From assembly GCA_020137815.1 (NCBI GenBank), contig CM035352.1, forward strand, positions 1,364,001-1,428,000: 64,000 nucleotides of DNA, written 5' to 3'. The notes under the pieces were generated by a model. That model did no database searches, was not told the origin of the DNA, and saw only the letters and a program-made list of their open reading frames with translations. Shown here piece by piece: positions 1 through 31,026 of the stretch (positions are counted from its first letter, which is position 1; each line of letters opens with the position of its first letter). The DNA comes from Hormiphora californensis. Lineage: Eukaryota > Animalia > Ctenophora. Both the position numbers and the translations under genes were made by a program.

Positions 1-100
1 CCAATTAGCTAGGTTGTTTTAATTAGCTAATTAGGTTTGATGCTTTACTCTTTAGTTTGGTAGGTAATTGGCAGAACATAACGGGTGTTTTCTCTCACAG

Positions 101-904
101 GAGTTATTGGAAAGCGGTCGATGTCAGCTCAGTGCTGAACCAACTGAATCTAAGAGAATTTGAGGAACAGTTCCAAATCAGAAACACGCCCACTTTGAGT
201 AATGTTACCAAGATTCTAAAGAAGAAGGTGGTGACTCTGTCCATTTTGGATTCTAACAGAGCCCGTAATGCCATGATTATCCAGCGGCGTGTTGCCCTTC
301 CGGCTCCTGACATTGCTCGATCTGTTGAGGAGACAGACCTTGCAAAGTTACCTGGTACGTCGATACTTGAACTGTCCGTACTTTTGTTTTTAGTCAAAAG
401 TCTGCAGCGTGATCAAGTAGTTAAATTCAAATTGCCTCCCTTAGCTCGCAGTTTACTGATTGTAGCGCGCGGCCTGCTGAGTCTGGAGTTCAGCGCGCGT
501 TCGTCACGCCACTATGGCGGGGGGTGAGAATGGGGCAAGCTGCGTCACACATCCCCCGGAAGCTCACCCAGCTTCCGTTCTTTGTTCTGTTTGGCCTTGT
601 TCCAACTCACACCCTATTTCAGTGTGGGCTGTGGAGCTATTACACGGATGTGTGCCCTCCCGAGAGGAGTCTACTCAGTTGCTCCAAAAAGCAGAGCAAA
701 TATCAGAGTACGGAGAGGCTGAATTATTCTGTTATCATCTTTGTAAAGTTGCACGATATGATAGGAAACTGGGAGTCATGCAATTTATTGGTTCATTCGA
801 CGAGCAACACACTCGGCTTACCAATCAGGTAACTATATTGCAGGAGGGTGTTTGTGATAACTACTTTCTGTTACTATCCGTAGTTTTCTCTCTCTCTCCC
901 TCTC

Positions 905-950
<46 letters not shown>

Positions 951-962
951 CTCTCTCCTCTC

Positions 963-1052
<90 letters not shown>

Positions 1053-2695
1053 ACTCCGTATCCCTGTCAGGTGTCTGCAATTCATCAAGCGAGCTACTCT
1101 GTAAAAGATAGTACCAGCCTCAGAAAAGTTCTGGAAGTTATCCTAGCCCTTGGAAATTACATGAACTGTAACAAGAAAGGCTTGGCCTCTGGTTTTAAAA
1201 TTCAGAGTCTCTCAAAGGTACGAGTAACTTTAATTAGAGGGGCAATGTCTAATTTAGTGGGGAGGGATGGGGACTATGTGTGTGTAATTACCACAAGAAA
1301 GTAGGGGAGGGGGTTATTACAGTACTGCACTCTCTCCTTCTGGTACAGCAGCAGCTGCTTCTTGACTATTATTAAACTTTCCCTCTTCATTTCCTCCTTT
1401 GTCCCGCTCTTTCTTCTTTTGTTCTCTGTCTCTTACCCTACCCCCCCAATCTCCCCTCCCCCATTGTTCTACAATAACCTCTCACCCCCAGGTTGCAGAA
1501 ACCCACAGTGGAGACTACAAGGTTACCCTTCTACACTATATTGTAAGGACAGTCCGCTCTACCATACCAGAGATAGCTGGATTTACCTTGGAATTTGGGG
1601 ACCTCGGACAGGCACAAAAGGTACAGTGTGATGTTTGCTGTGTCACTTAAATAAGTCTAATTAGACTATTAACTGAAACTCAATATGTTGGTCACGCGAC
1701 GTCCTCCACCCCCCCCCCCCCCCCCAATGACAAATAAGCTAACTTTTCTAACCCACTGCACACACAGGTGTCACTCCCCCAACACCCCATCTCCTCCACA
1801 CACAGGTGTCACTCGACTCCTCCAACACCCCATCTCTTCCACACACAGGTGTCACTCCCCCAACACCCCATCTCTTCCACACACAGGTGTCACTCCTCCA
1901 ACACCCCATCTCTTCCACACACAGGTGTCACTCCTCCAACACCCCATCTCTTCCACACACAGGTGTCACTCCTCCAACACCCCATCTCTTCCACACACAG
2001 GTGTCACTCCTCCAACACCCCATCTCTTCCACACACAGGTGTCACTCCTCCAACACCCCATCTCTTCCACACACAGGTGTCACTCCTCCAACACCCCATC
2101 TCTTCCACACACAGGTGTCACTGCGAGATCTTGTCGAGGAGATCCAGGAAATGAAGAAGAATGTAGATACCCTGCTAGATGAGAGGGAGAAACAACCAGA
2201 GAACTTTGTTCTGTTTAGTTTCTACAAGAGAGCAGAGAGGAAGGTCCGGAAACTGGGAGAACAGACTCGTGACATGCTTCATGGGTACGAGGCAGTATGT
2301 AAGGCATTCGGAGAAAACCCGAAACGAATGGAACCCAATGAGTTTTTCAAGTTTTTTACAGAGTTTTTCGTACAGGTAACTCTCTAATTTATAATCTTGA
2401 TCTATTAGTATTCAAGGGATTGCTGTGATTTCACCAAATTGGTTAAATATTCCGTCATCCCATTATGACCCCCAGTTTATTAAATACCCCATTATCCCAT
2501 AATGACCACCTCCCCCAGTTTGAATACCCCATCATCCCACATAATGATCCCCTCCTCCCTCAGTTTGAAAAAGTGGAGCGGCAGATTATCGAAGAAGAGA
2601 TACAAGCCAAGAAATCAGCAGTAGAACCCCTGTCTCGGGATGCCTCAAGGGAGCTGGTACATGAGGCCATGCTGAAACGTGCACAAATGCAGTGA
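101..2695 (+). CDS. Formin (FH2 domain) gene, 3' part; exons 101-354, 623-828, 1071-1217, 1492-1620, 2115-2375, 2564-2695
   Basis: The spliced frame is continuous across GT-AG junctions and contains FH2 motifs '[12 protein letters not shown]', '[12 protein letters not shown]...[11 protein letters not shown]', 'VTLLHYI' and '[20 protein letters not shown]'. The 5' part lies outside the window. Confidence 0.92.
887..1051. repeat. (CT)n microsatellite in formin intron
   Basis: Directly visible dinucleotide run. Confidence 0.95.
1759..2122 (+). repeat. 38-bp minisatellite (10 CAG|GTGTCACT junctions) spanning the formin intron/exon boundary
   Basis: Unit gtgtcactcctccaacaccccatctcttccacacacag; AG ends at 1767, 1805, 1848, 1886, 1924, 1962, 2000, 2038, 2076, 2114. 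Confidence 0.95.
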
Positions 2696-2770
2696 TTCAG
2701 AGGCAGATCTGGGGAAATGTTTATTTTCGTATTGATTTGTTTAATATTTTTTTTCGTACAATTGGTAAAT

Positions 2771-3030
2771 ATCACTGCGCTGGCAAGCGCAAAGGTGACC
2801 ATCTCCTCCCCCCAGCCGCGCGTGCCAGAATGCAGTAATAAGTTTTTTCAGTTTTTAGCCAAAAATGGCATTTTGCGACGCCCATAGCGAGGCCCCCACT
2901 GCACCGATCAGTCTGAAATTTGGTATACAGTGTCACATAGTCTAGATCTACTGTAGTTCAAAAGGGCAAGTCTCTATCTCTTTTAGTTTTAGAGATACAG
3001 CATCGTGCCAAAAGCAATAAATGTCCCGGG

Positions 3031-3071
<41 letters not shown>

Positions 3072-3996
3072 GGATAGACGCTGTTTTTACCAAATTTATA
3101 ATCATTTTTGAGAGAAAACGACATAAGATAGACACTTCTCGTTTGTTGCATTCGAAAGATAATCGTTCGAATTGTGTAGTCGAATAGTTTTCATATTCTA
3201 GGTCCAACCAGAACGTCTTAACAAAGTGTCATAAAGAAAAGACATTTTTCAAATCAACCAAATTTCTTTGAGCTCAGTTTACATCCTGAAGACGGCTTCT
3301 GATTGAAAAACGGAGACCACACTTATGAAAGATAATCGTCTAAACTTTCAGAAACTATATTGCGAATTTGTGAAACTCTATTTCTAAGGGTCTCAAATCG
3401 CGTCTGAAGTGTTAAGACTGTATGAAAATAGATATGACGAATGTGCGTTTTTCGCCATAGCGACCTCAAATCTTGTCCAATCGATCTCAAACTTGGTCAG
3501 CCTCTTTAACTAGATGAGGCTGATAATAATACATCCCCATCATGACGTTATAACGTCGTGACGTCACGTTATGACGTCACAATGACGTCAAAATTGAAAT
3601 TTTCGTATTTCAGCGATTCCGGACGGTCTTTACACGTTCTGCTACGTCCAGACATGTATAACATTGTATTTCACATCGGAAAATACCAAAAATATACCGA
3701 AATTATGCCAAAAACTAACAGAAATTAGTTGGCTGGAAAGGTGACCACTTTTGTTGTCAAACTGACACCTTTGCCCGGCCCGGGTTACGGATATCATCGA
3801 TGGGGCAAATCAGGGGGCAAATCAGGGAGTTGGAGAGAGAGAAAGAGAGCGAGAGAGATAGAGAGATAGAGATAGAGAGAGAAATCAGAGAGGGAAAGAT
3901 AGTGATGTTAAAACCCGGAGAGGGCAAAGGTGTCAGTTTGACAACAAAAGTGGTCACCTTTCCAGCCAACTAATTTCTGTTAGTTTTTGGCATAAT
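2771..3996 (-). mobile_element. Non-autonomous Helentron/DINE-1-like element (element A)
   Basis: 75-bp inverted repeat 3702-3776/3922-3996 at one end, (TCTA)n at 3031-3070. The other end has sub-terminal repeat aaaggtgacc next to hairpin tgcgct-ggca-agcgca. Same architecture as 47983-51318. Confidence 0.7.
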
Positions 3997-5355
3997 ATAT
4001 TCATATTTTAATAACGTTTTAAAGATAAAGCGTTACAGAGAGAGGGTTTTAAAATGATCATCATTATCCGTTTATCAATTGAATTACAGATTCATTTTGC
4101 TCTTTTTGAGGTGCTCATCTATAATTAATCACACAGGTTTTCTATGAATTATAATTTTACATGATCACATTGAGTGGGTAAAATTAAGTTATAAGTTACA
4201 GAGTTATAAAGGGAATAAAGTATCAGATAATGTTTGATGTAATCACTATTATTTTCACGGCAAATCGAATTGTTTTAGTACACGTGGTAAACAAGAAGAA
4301 CGTGTCAGTTGCTCTAATACTATACATGACTCATCAGCTGCTCATTGACGCTGATCATGACAGTGAGTGTAAGTATGACTATCAGTTGGTAATGGTAAAG
4401 AAGTTACCCCTCCCTTGCCGGCGTGCGAAGCACACCAAACGAAGGCCGCGAGGTGCGAGGTATCTTCGATACCAAGACTATCAGCAACACTCACCAGACA
4501 CGTTCTTCTTCAATTACTAGATGATCTCAATTGGGAGATTAATCTCAAATCTGTCAGGCATGGCAATGGCATCGGGACGCCTTCTCTCCAGCCTAGACTT
4601 GCATTGACAATGACATGTCAGTGTCACATTATACCAATTACCAGTCTGCCTGTGACTGTGAGCCCAAAAGGGCGTTTCAATCTATATTATCTGGCGGCGC
4701 CGACCCGATCTGAGCGCACAGAGAATCAAAATAGGGTCTGCCGCGGCTAGACAGGTTTCAACTGTCTGACGCCGCGGACTCCATCTGATCCTGTCTCGCA
4801 GCACCAGACTCCGATTTGATTTTGATTCTCAGATGGGGTCTGCCGTGCCATACAGGTCTGATCGCGTTGTCAAATCGGGGTCATACAGGGTTTCAACGAG
4901 AGAAAGAAAGCCTGTTTCCCCCCGGCCCCCTCCCCCCCGCCTGTGTACTATGGCAATGCCTAGACTTTCTGTGCACCGTCATTTCCACCTTCCAGTATCA
5001 AAATAGAACTCATCCTGGCATGGTCAGACAACTCTCGATTCACCAGGTTACGCGGCCCGGTGCGAAGAGGACGGTCTTATATGAGACAAACAAGGCTTTG
5101 ATACGGTTTATCGCCACCTGGTTAACCGTAAATCAAGACCAGGTGAATCGAGAGTTGACTGCATTTTACCAAATATAAAGACGATAATCTCAGTTTTGTA
5201 AAAAAGAGGGTCACTCTGACATGAAAAAGGGTCACACACATAACAAAATCTGCACAGTTTTCAGGTTGTATTTTCATTTTTAGTTTCATGGAAAAGTCTT
5301 TCAGATACAGCTAGGATTAAAATATTTAAGAAGTCCCAATCCATTCCGATATAAT

Positions 5356-7232
5356 TTATCCCTTACTTTTCTGTTGGTTCAACCACCACACAATAGCCAA
5401 AATACAGCCTGGAGGCTTCGGTTTACTCTCATCAAAGGCGAATGTTTCGATTTCGTCACGTGCAATCTCGAATGCACCTCCACAACCTCGCCTTCTTCAG
5501 CTAGTACCGCCGCCTGAAACAAGGGAAATTGGGTAAAAAAAACGGGGAACTGGGATAGGTGACATTATTTGATCTACCGAACCCTCACAGAGCGCGGTGT
5601 GAGCCACCTAAGTAATATAACTTGTCACATTTGTGCAGAGAGAAAGAGAGCTCTCATTATATGTCAAGAAGTATAACACATAAGAAGGGTCAAGTTTTCA
5701 CTGGCAGCAGTGCTTCTGTGGCGCAATAGGTTAGCGCGTTTGACTGTTAATCAAAAGGTTGCTGGTTCAAGCCCAGCCAGGAGCGTACATTTTGTACCAT
5801 CCATTTTAACACTGTTATAGTTGTACCACGTTTAAACATGGATTACCTTACTCTCGCATATTTCAAGAAACTTTTAAACAAGAAACTTTTTTTTCTAGGA
5901 AACTACAGGTGTAAGCAATCCAAAAACAAAAAGAGTTTCTCCTTTATCAAGAAACTAAACAAGTTACACGGTCGCTTGTAGTGGGAAAACGGTAATGGAA
6001 GACGAAGATACAGTAAGACGACGCGCAACCGTGGCCAATCAGTACGCTAGTACGTGCTGACACATGAACTTTTTGCCGCGCGTTATGCAACGTGTGTGTC
6101 TCATTACTGTATTTCGCGATACCGTATTTTGACTGCAAGCAGCACTGTTAGCTAGGGGTGTTCTATTTTGTTGTGGTGTCTCTGAATTGTGTGATTTGCA
6201 TTTGAAAAGTTTCTTATAGAAAAGTTTCTTACTAAAGCGTTTCTTAAAAAACGAGAGTAAGGTATTAGACAGGTTACACTGTACCTCCGTCCTCCATGCA
6301 TGGGGGGGGGGGGACAGGGCAATATTTTACGATTGACAGGTTACTAAGTAGCTGCTGTTTTATTAACAGCAGACACTGTGTACAGTGTAACCTGTAAATC
6401 GTAAAATATTTACCGACATACTGGGAACATGTCAAGTGAAATAACTAACCCTGAGTTTCCCGTTGTTCGTCAGTAACCTCGGTATAAAACATGTGCTGCC
6501 GCTCTCCACTGGTACCCACCCCATTAACAACTCTAGTTATCAGGTTCAACTTGTCCACCCCTATCCGGTATCCTGTCTCTTCAAACACCTCAGCAGCAGC
6601 TATATTCTCTGGAGGCTCTGTCCTATCTGCAATTGGAAGGGTAAATATTAGTTTTCGTTTCCTGACCCCGCAGTCACTGAGCTCCCTTGCAAAACACCCA
6701 TTGGAACCGACCGAAACAAGTAAAAAACCAATCAGAACTCGTTATTTAGGTCACGTGACTGGTTATCAGCCGATCAGGGACCAGTATTTCTTACCGATGA
6801 TTCCCGCACACAACTCATAGGTAAGGCCATGTTCGGTAGAGTACTCGTTCTCTAGGGATAGTCTCCGGGGTCCAGGGGACACTTTGGGCCGCCTCCGACT
6901 TAACAAACACCGCTGGTCGAAACTGTCCTCACAAACACAAACACCTGTAACCATAGCGGGGGATTAATACAACGGTAGAGAATTTTACAAAAGCTACTAA
7001 AATCTCAACATGTTACGAATTATACAAAATTATTACACAACAATCATGTTACATAAAATGTGATGTACTAACATTTCTGGAAGTATTATAAATGAGAATG
7101 GCAACACTATCATGAGTCTTTGCTAGCTCCCAGGTCTTCTTATGGCCGTTGATATCGAACTTGATAGCGAAAGGGTTTCAGATATTTGGGATTCTCAAGG
7201 GGTCCCAACCAAGCATTCTTTATAGAGGACAT
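5356..7232 (-). CDS. NUDT14: NUDT14-like UDP-sugar diphosphatase (Nudix); exons 7232-7073, 6944-6795, 6626-6450, 5513-5356; five frameshifting insertions in this assembly
   Basis: Reconstructed peptides 'YLKPF..KTWELAKTHDSVAILIYN', 'VFVRQFRPAVF', 'GLTYELCAGIID..ENIAAAEVFEETGY' (Nudix box), 'GVGTSGERQHMFYTEVTD' and 'GGGLAEEGEVVEV..FAFD..K' follow the NUDT14 layout. Splice sites are canonical. Confidence 0.85.
5712..5785 (+). tRNA. tRNA-Asn (GTT), antisense within intron 3 of the NUDT14-like gene
   Basis: Acceptor stem gcttctg/caggagc, D arm gcgc/gcgc, anticodon arm tttga-ctGTTaa-tcaaa, T arm gctgg-ttcaagc-ccagc, followed by a TTTT terminator. Confidence 0.95.
5846..6262. mobile_element. Tc1/mariner-type MITE
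   Basis: TIR ccttactctcg...cgagagtaagg flanked by TA on both sides; sub-terminal aagaaac/gtttctt repeats. Confidence 0.7.
6703..6790 (+). mobile_element. hAT-type MITE (CCAAT-GTCACGTGAC-CCAAT family), partial copy abutting a NUDT14 splice donor
   Basis: Near-identical to the copies at 41804-41912, 45985-46040 and 58923-59031. Confidence 0.8.
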
Positions 7233-8648
7233 TCTGGTAAAGACGCGTCTAAAAATGGTGACAGTTGATCCTCTTCTTTAACATAAACTGCAATAAGCTG
7301 TTAGCCGGTGGTTATAGGGGATTGCAACCACAGGGGGTCAGGGTAACCGGGGTAACAATGCCTGGCGCTCAGATCGGCACCGCCAGACAGGGGTAACAAA
7401 GGACGAAATAAAAGAAACATTTTAATGGGGGAATGATGGATTATTAGTACTTGTAAAAACAGCTCACACAAAACACACACACACAAACACTCCCAAAAAG
7501 AAAACAAGAAGAAATATATATCATTTCCCAATTAACATATTATTTCTCTAAAGTTTTAATTAAGTATTTTCCAGAGAAATGACAACCCTGCCGATTTTCT
7601 AAAGCGGACACAGTCCAAAAACACAATAACTTCTACATACTCTACTGTTGTCTCCCCCAATTGCTTAATAAGTTGACGTACTAGAAAAACAAATTTATAA
7701 TCAAATTATTATCACACCTTATTTTAATTAACAAATCACTTGTGGGCTAATTAAGTAGGCAACGCCGCAACTGTGAAACAGTAGTTTCCCCAGTTACAAT
7801 TGTGTATGTGTGGGTTGGTATCTCCCCGGACATGTGTCTTGAGACAATACCACCCACACAAACACACTGGTAACCATGGTAAATGCTAACAATAGTAACT
7901 GGTAACCATGGTAACAAGCTTAGGGTTCCCAACAAGGATAATAATGTAATGTCTATCAATGAATCGATAGGTTATAATACTGATATATAGAAGGGGAAAG
8001 ACTCTCTATGTACATAACACACAAGTATTACAAAATCAATAATATTATATACTAAAGCAAAGGGGAATCAAGACGCTGTATCTCACCCCCAAACAACACA
8101 ATTCGTTAATTGTGGTGCGGTATATTTTGCCTTGTTCTAACCTCTCTCCCCCCGGGTTTGAACAACACAACTTTTCTACCAGCTGAACATTTTCCAAGCC
8201 TCTGATAGTAATCTTTTACAAAGTTAACCTTTTGTTGAGTAACATCCCTATTGACGGGCCTATTGATATAATGACCAATTGACAGGATAAATCTCTGTTG
8301 CATGATGCGAGTATATTAATCATGTTGCCCTCTACATACCGCGAACCAACAACCGTTCAGCTTGCCTTGCTCTTCCCTCCCTCACCACCCCCCGGTAAAT
8401 GAGAGAGCATAACAATCGTTCAGCAACGTACTACACTACTACAACAACACACTCCACATGGCTGTGTTGTTTTAGTATGACTGATCAAAACTAACAACAC
8501 ACTAAATTCCCCTTTCCCAGCAAATCATAACACTACTCAAAAAGTTTTCCCTCTGACAGATTTTTATACTGACGAAAAATTCTGCCAATCAATTGGGTAG
8601 ATAGATCACTTTTAGTCCCTGTGAGGTGTCCACCAATACATTGTTTGA

Positions 8649-20729
<12,081 letters not shown>

Positions 20730-20995
20730 GATTTATATCCTTTCTGGTAGGGTATATAAGTAAGCAATTGGGAAATGATAAAAGTAAGAATGGAAAAGAA
20801 AGCTGTATTTGCATGAAATTAATGGCCATCGCGGCAGGTATTTCAATAAGCTCAGAGCACGACAAGAGATAGATAGGAAACCAATTTCCACTTTTGAAAA
20901 TGCACATTATATAAGAACCTTGACCACACAACATATATAGTTACTACTGACGCTTCTCTTATATTCTCACAGTTTGTACAAAAATAGTCAGTGAT

Positions 20996-21460
20996 TTAGC
21001 AATTGGGTTGGGTGGCATATTTGGTGTAGGGAAGGTGTTTTCCATTTCGTAATTCACGCATTTGGTGGAAGTAACCCCTCTCCATTAGATACACCTGCAA
21101 AGTGAACACATAATTTAGGGTACAAAATCAACATTTAAGGTTAAAGTTAAACAGTCACACATACAAGACAACCAAACAAAACTAGTTGAAAACACTTTCT
21201 CATCTCACAGTGAATGTTGTAATATAAACCTCACCTCCTGCTCATTTCGTAGACGCTCCTTGAAATACCATCTGGACTTGAGGCCGAATAGGATACAGGA
21301 AACTGAGGCGACCCTCCAAAACCTAAAGGTATTGTTATGTTTTAAATCGTCAATAATTATCCAGAATTATGTATGGTTTATTTTATTGAGAAACATACCA
21401 TGGGCCCATGTAAGGGACGACTCTCCGGACATCTTTGAACGGTACTGATGGGGAAACCAT
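20996..21460 (-). CDS. 82-aa putative single-pass membrane microprotein, possibly a divergent NDUFA13/GRIM-19-like complex I subunit; exons 21460-21399, 21322-21235, 21094-20996
   Basis: Three GT-AG exons join in phase (62+88+99 nt): MVSPSVPFKDVRRVVPYMGPWFWRVASVSCILFGLKSRWYFKERLRNEQEVYLMERGYFHQMRELRNGKHLPYTKYATQPNC. The family assignment is by eye only. Confidence 0.6.
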
Positions 21461-22989
21461 ATCTAATGGGAAAGGGGATTGGTTAAGATAACAAATAAGT
21501 TGTACCGATGCTGTAACCAGACTGGAATATCGCACTGGATGGTTTGAACAAGACACGAAACACCTTTTTTTTGTTCAAACGGGGCACAGAAAAAGATGGT
21601 TGAGCAAGATAAGGAACATCCAGCATCCGTTCAAACTCTAACGTAAAGATATACCTATGTCAAGATGGGAGGGCAAGTATATTATCAGATATATCTGTTT
21701 GTAAAGGGGGGATACTGATGATTTGTCTAAACATTGTTATGGATATTCTGAATATTATGTTTACTGGGTACTACATTCCTTTAGGATCAGATCTGGGTCC
21801 ATTTCAAACACGCACACTTCTATTCTTCATAATCACAGTAGAACTTGGAACTGTATTTTGATATATATTTTTCTATTCACACTTTGCTCTTAAATAGAAA
21901 CAATTACCAACTATTTCTTCTTGAAACGGGAATTGGGATCAATCAACATTAGGTTAGAGTTTTGGTCAGCAATACTCCCTAAAGCAACAACCTTCACTAG
22001 CTATTCGCTTGCTAGATGTGAGAGGTAAATAATGACACGAAGATGGGATCCATTTACGATCCAACACAACAAAGATGCTAAACGCTTAATTAGTTAACTT
22101 TTGCGTAAATGAAATCTATTGGCCTATACTACTGGCTACTCTAGAGAGAAAAGTCCCTTCTAGCGAGAGAGCACACATGTTTATCTTTTGAGAGGCTTTC
22201 CGCATGGTTTGCAGAACAGCTCCAGCACGAAATCTTGACCCACGCGTCATAGGATCTGTTCAGTGTTCTGAACTGTGATTGGTCGAGACAGGTCATTGAA
22301 CACATTTCACAACGTGCAGAGTGCAGACCTGATCATTTCTGAATTCTGAGGCTTCTCATTTCTAAACATTTGGCCACGTTCGAACTTGTGCCTCTGAGCA
22401 TGTTGACAGGTGCGGGGTGCCACGTAGCCACGCAACCACAATTTGTAATTTATGCATTTAATATACCACTCAATAGTGAATAAATAGTAGAAAAAATGGT
22501 GCCAACGCACTCTAAAGTCTAACTATCACTTTCTCAAGTGGATATTTGTGGTAAATTTGAGTAAAATGAGCAATATCCGTCAGATATTCGATAGCAATTA
22601 CTGATAACCCCAACTTAGCCCTAACCAGACCCTAACGCCGATAACGGGCTGCCCTAAAACCCGTCTCGAACACCAACATCCGACATCGATGGATTTGACA
22701 CTGCAAAAAAGTGCAAGGCCCTTTGCAAAAGTGAAAAGTTTTTTCAGTCCCGGCTCCACTTGCGAGCTACGTTACGCGCGGGATTGAAAGTTTTGACGAT
22801 GCATTTACGATTTTATATGCGCGTTAAAAAATTTTAAATGTTGTTTTTGCGTTCGCGTTTTTGTCCTTTTGACTTTTTTGTCCGTCTGAACTTTTAGTCT
22901 CCACTGCACCGCCTGCTTTAATGTGTCAAGGAACAGGGAGGTCTTTTTGAAATAATGATAAACTTCTTTTTAGCATTAGGCTCGTTAGA

Positions 22990-29951
<6,962 letters not shown>

Positions 29952-30571
29952 TATATGAGCAGCAGGGACTCATCTAAATGATATCAGCAATTGTATAAAA
30001 ACTGTATTGGCGTTTGTTATCTGACGGTTCAGAGAAATATGTTTAACTGCGTTTTTGACAGTAAAATCATCGTTAACTTCAAATTGATTGAAGTTCAATG
30101 AGTTGGTGTGGGATTCACGGAATTGATTTTCTAAACATGACGAGAACTCTATTATGATCAGGGTGCGGCATGGAGCGAGAGAGTTGAATGTGAATGTCAT
30201 GTAAAATATACATTTTTTGCGTGTTTGATATCCATAGTTTAATATTTGAATAAAGGGATACTCGACGTTACTGCCGTAAAATCAGCTATCACAGCTATTT
30301 TCAAGTTAACTTAGTAACTTGTAGTACTATGTCGGGTATCCCTTCCTGCTACAACATTGGCAAACGGCTGATATTCGGTTAATAAATAAAATCGAGTAAA
30401 ATACCACATGGAAATAGCAAACATCAAAATATTCCTCTCTTTTGTCCTGATCATATACTGGCAATCACTGCCTGACAGGCTACAGTCACTCACAGCGGCC
30501 CTTCTGCGAGGGGACCTGGGACAGTGCAGTCTGTCAATGCACTGCACTCATAAACATTGGATTCATTGCAC

Positions 30572-30760
30572 TACTGGCCGTCTCGATGAAAACTTTTCAT
30601 CGAGCTAGACGGCCTTGTAGGGGGGGGGGGGGTAAAACGTAACACCCCCCCCCCCTCCCCCCTGTAGGATGCGAAACTGTTTCATTCTGTGAAAAACTGT
30701 TTCATTCTGTGTTTGGCCTTTTTTGCTTTTAGAAAAAGGCCAAACACAGAATGAAACTGC
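30572..30760. repeat. Cluster of short palindromic MITE-like hairpins
   Basis: ggccgtctcgatgaaa..tttcatcgag..agacggcc; (g)n-loop-(c)n; gtttcattctgtgtttggccttttt..aaaaaggccaaacacagaatgaaac. Confidence 0.6.
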
Positions 30761-31026
30761 TACCCTACTACAACAAACTTGCAATGTATGAGACCAAACA
30801 TTTCTCTACCCCTCTCTTTGTTTTGTTCGCGCGAAAGGCAGTCTAGCTTGGCAACCCCTCTTTATCTGGTCCTGACTCGTCAAGCTAAAATCCTAACACT
30901 ACTAACACTACTAACACTATTCTAACACTACTCTGATTAATGACACCTCGATTGCTAACACCATTATATCGCGGATATTGTTCTTCATTAGACAGAGTTT
31001 TGATTGCCAAATTGCCACTTTTAGTA

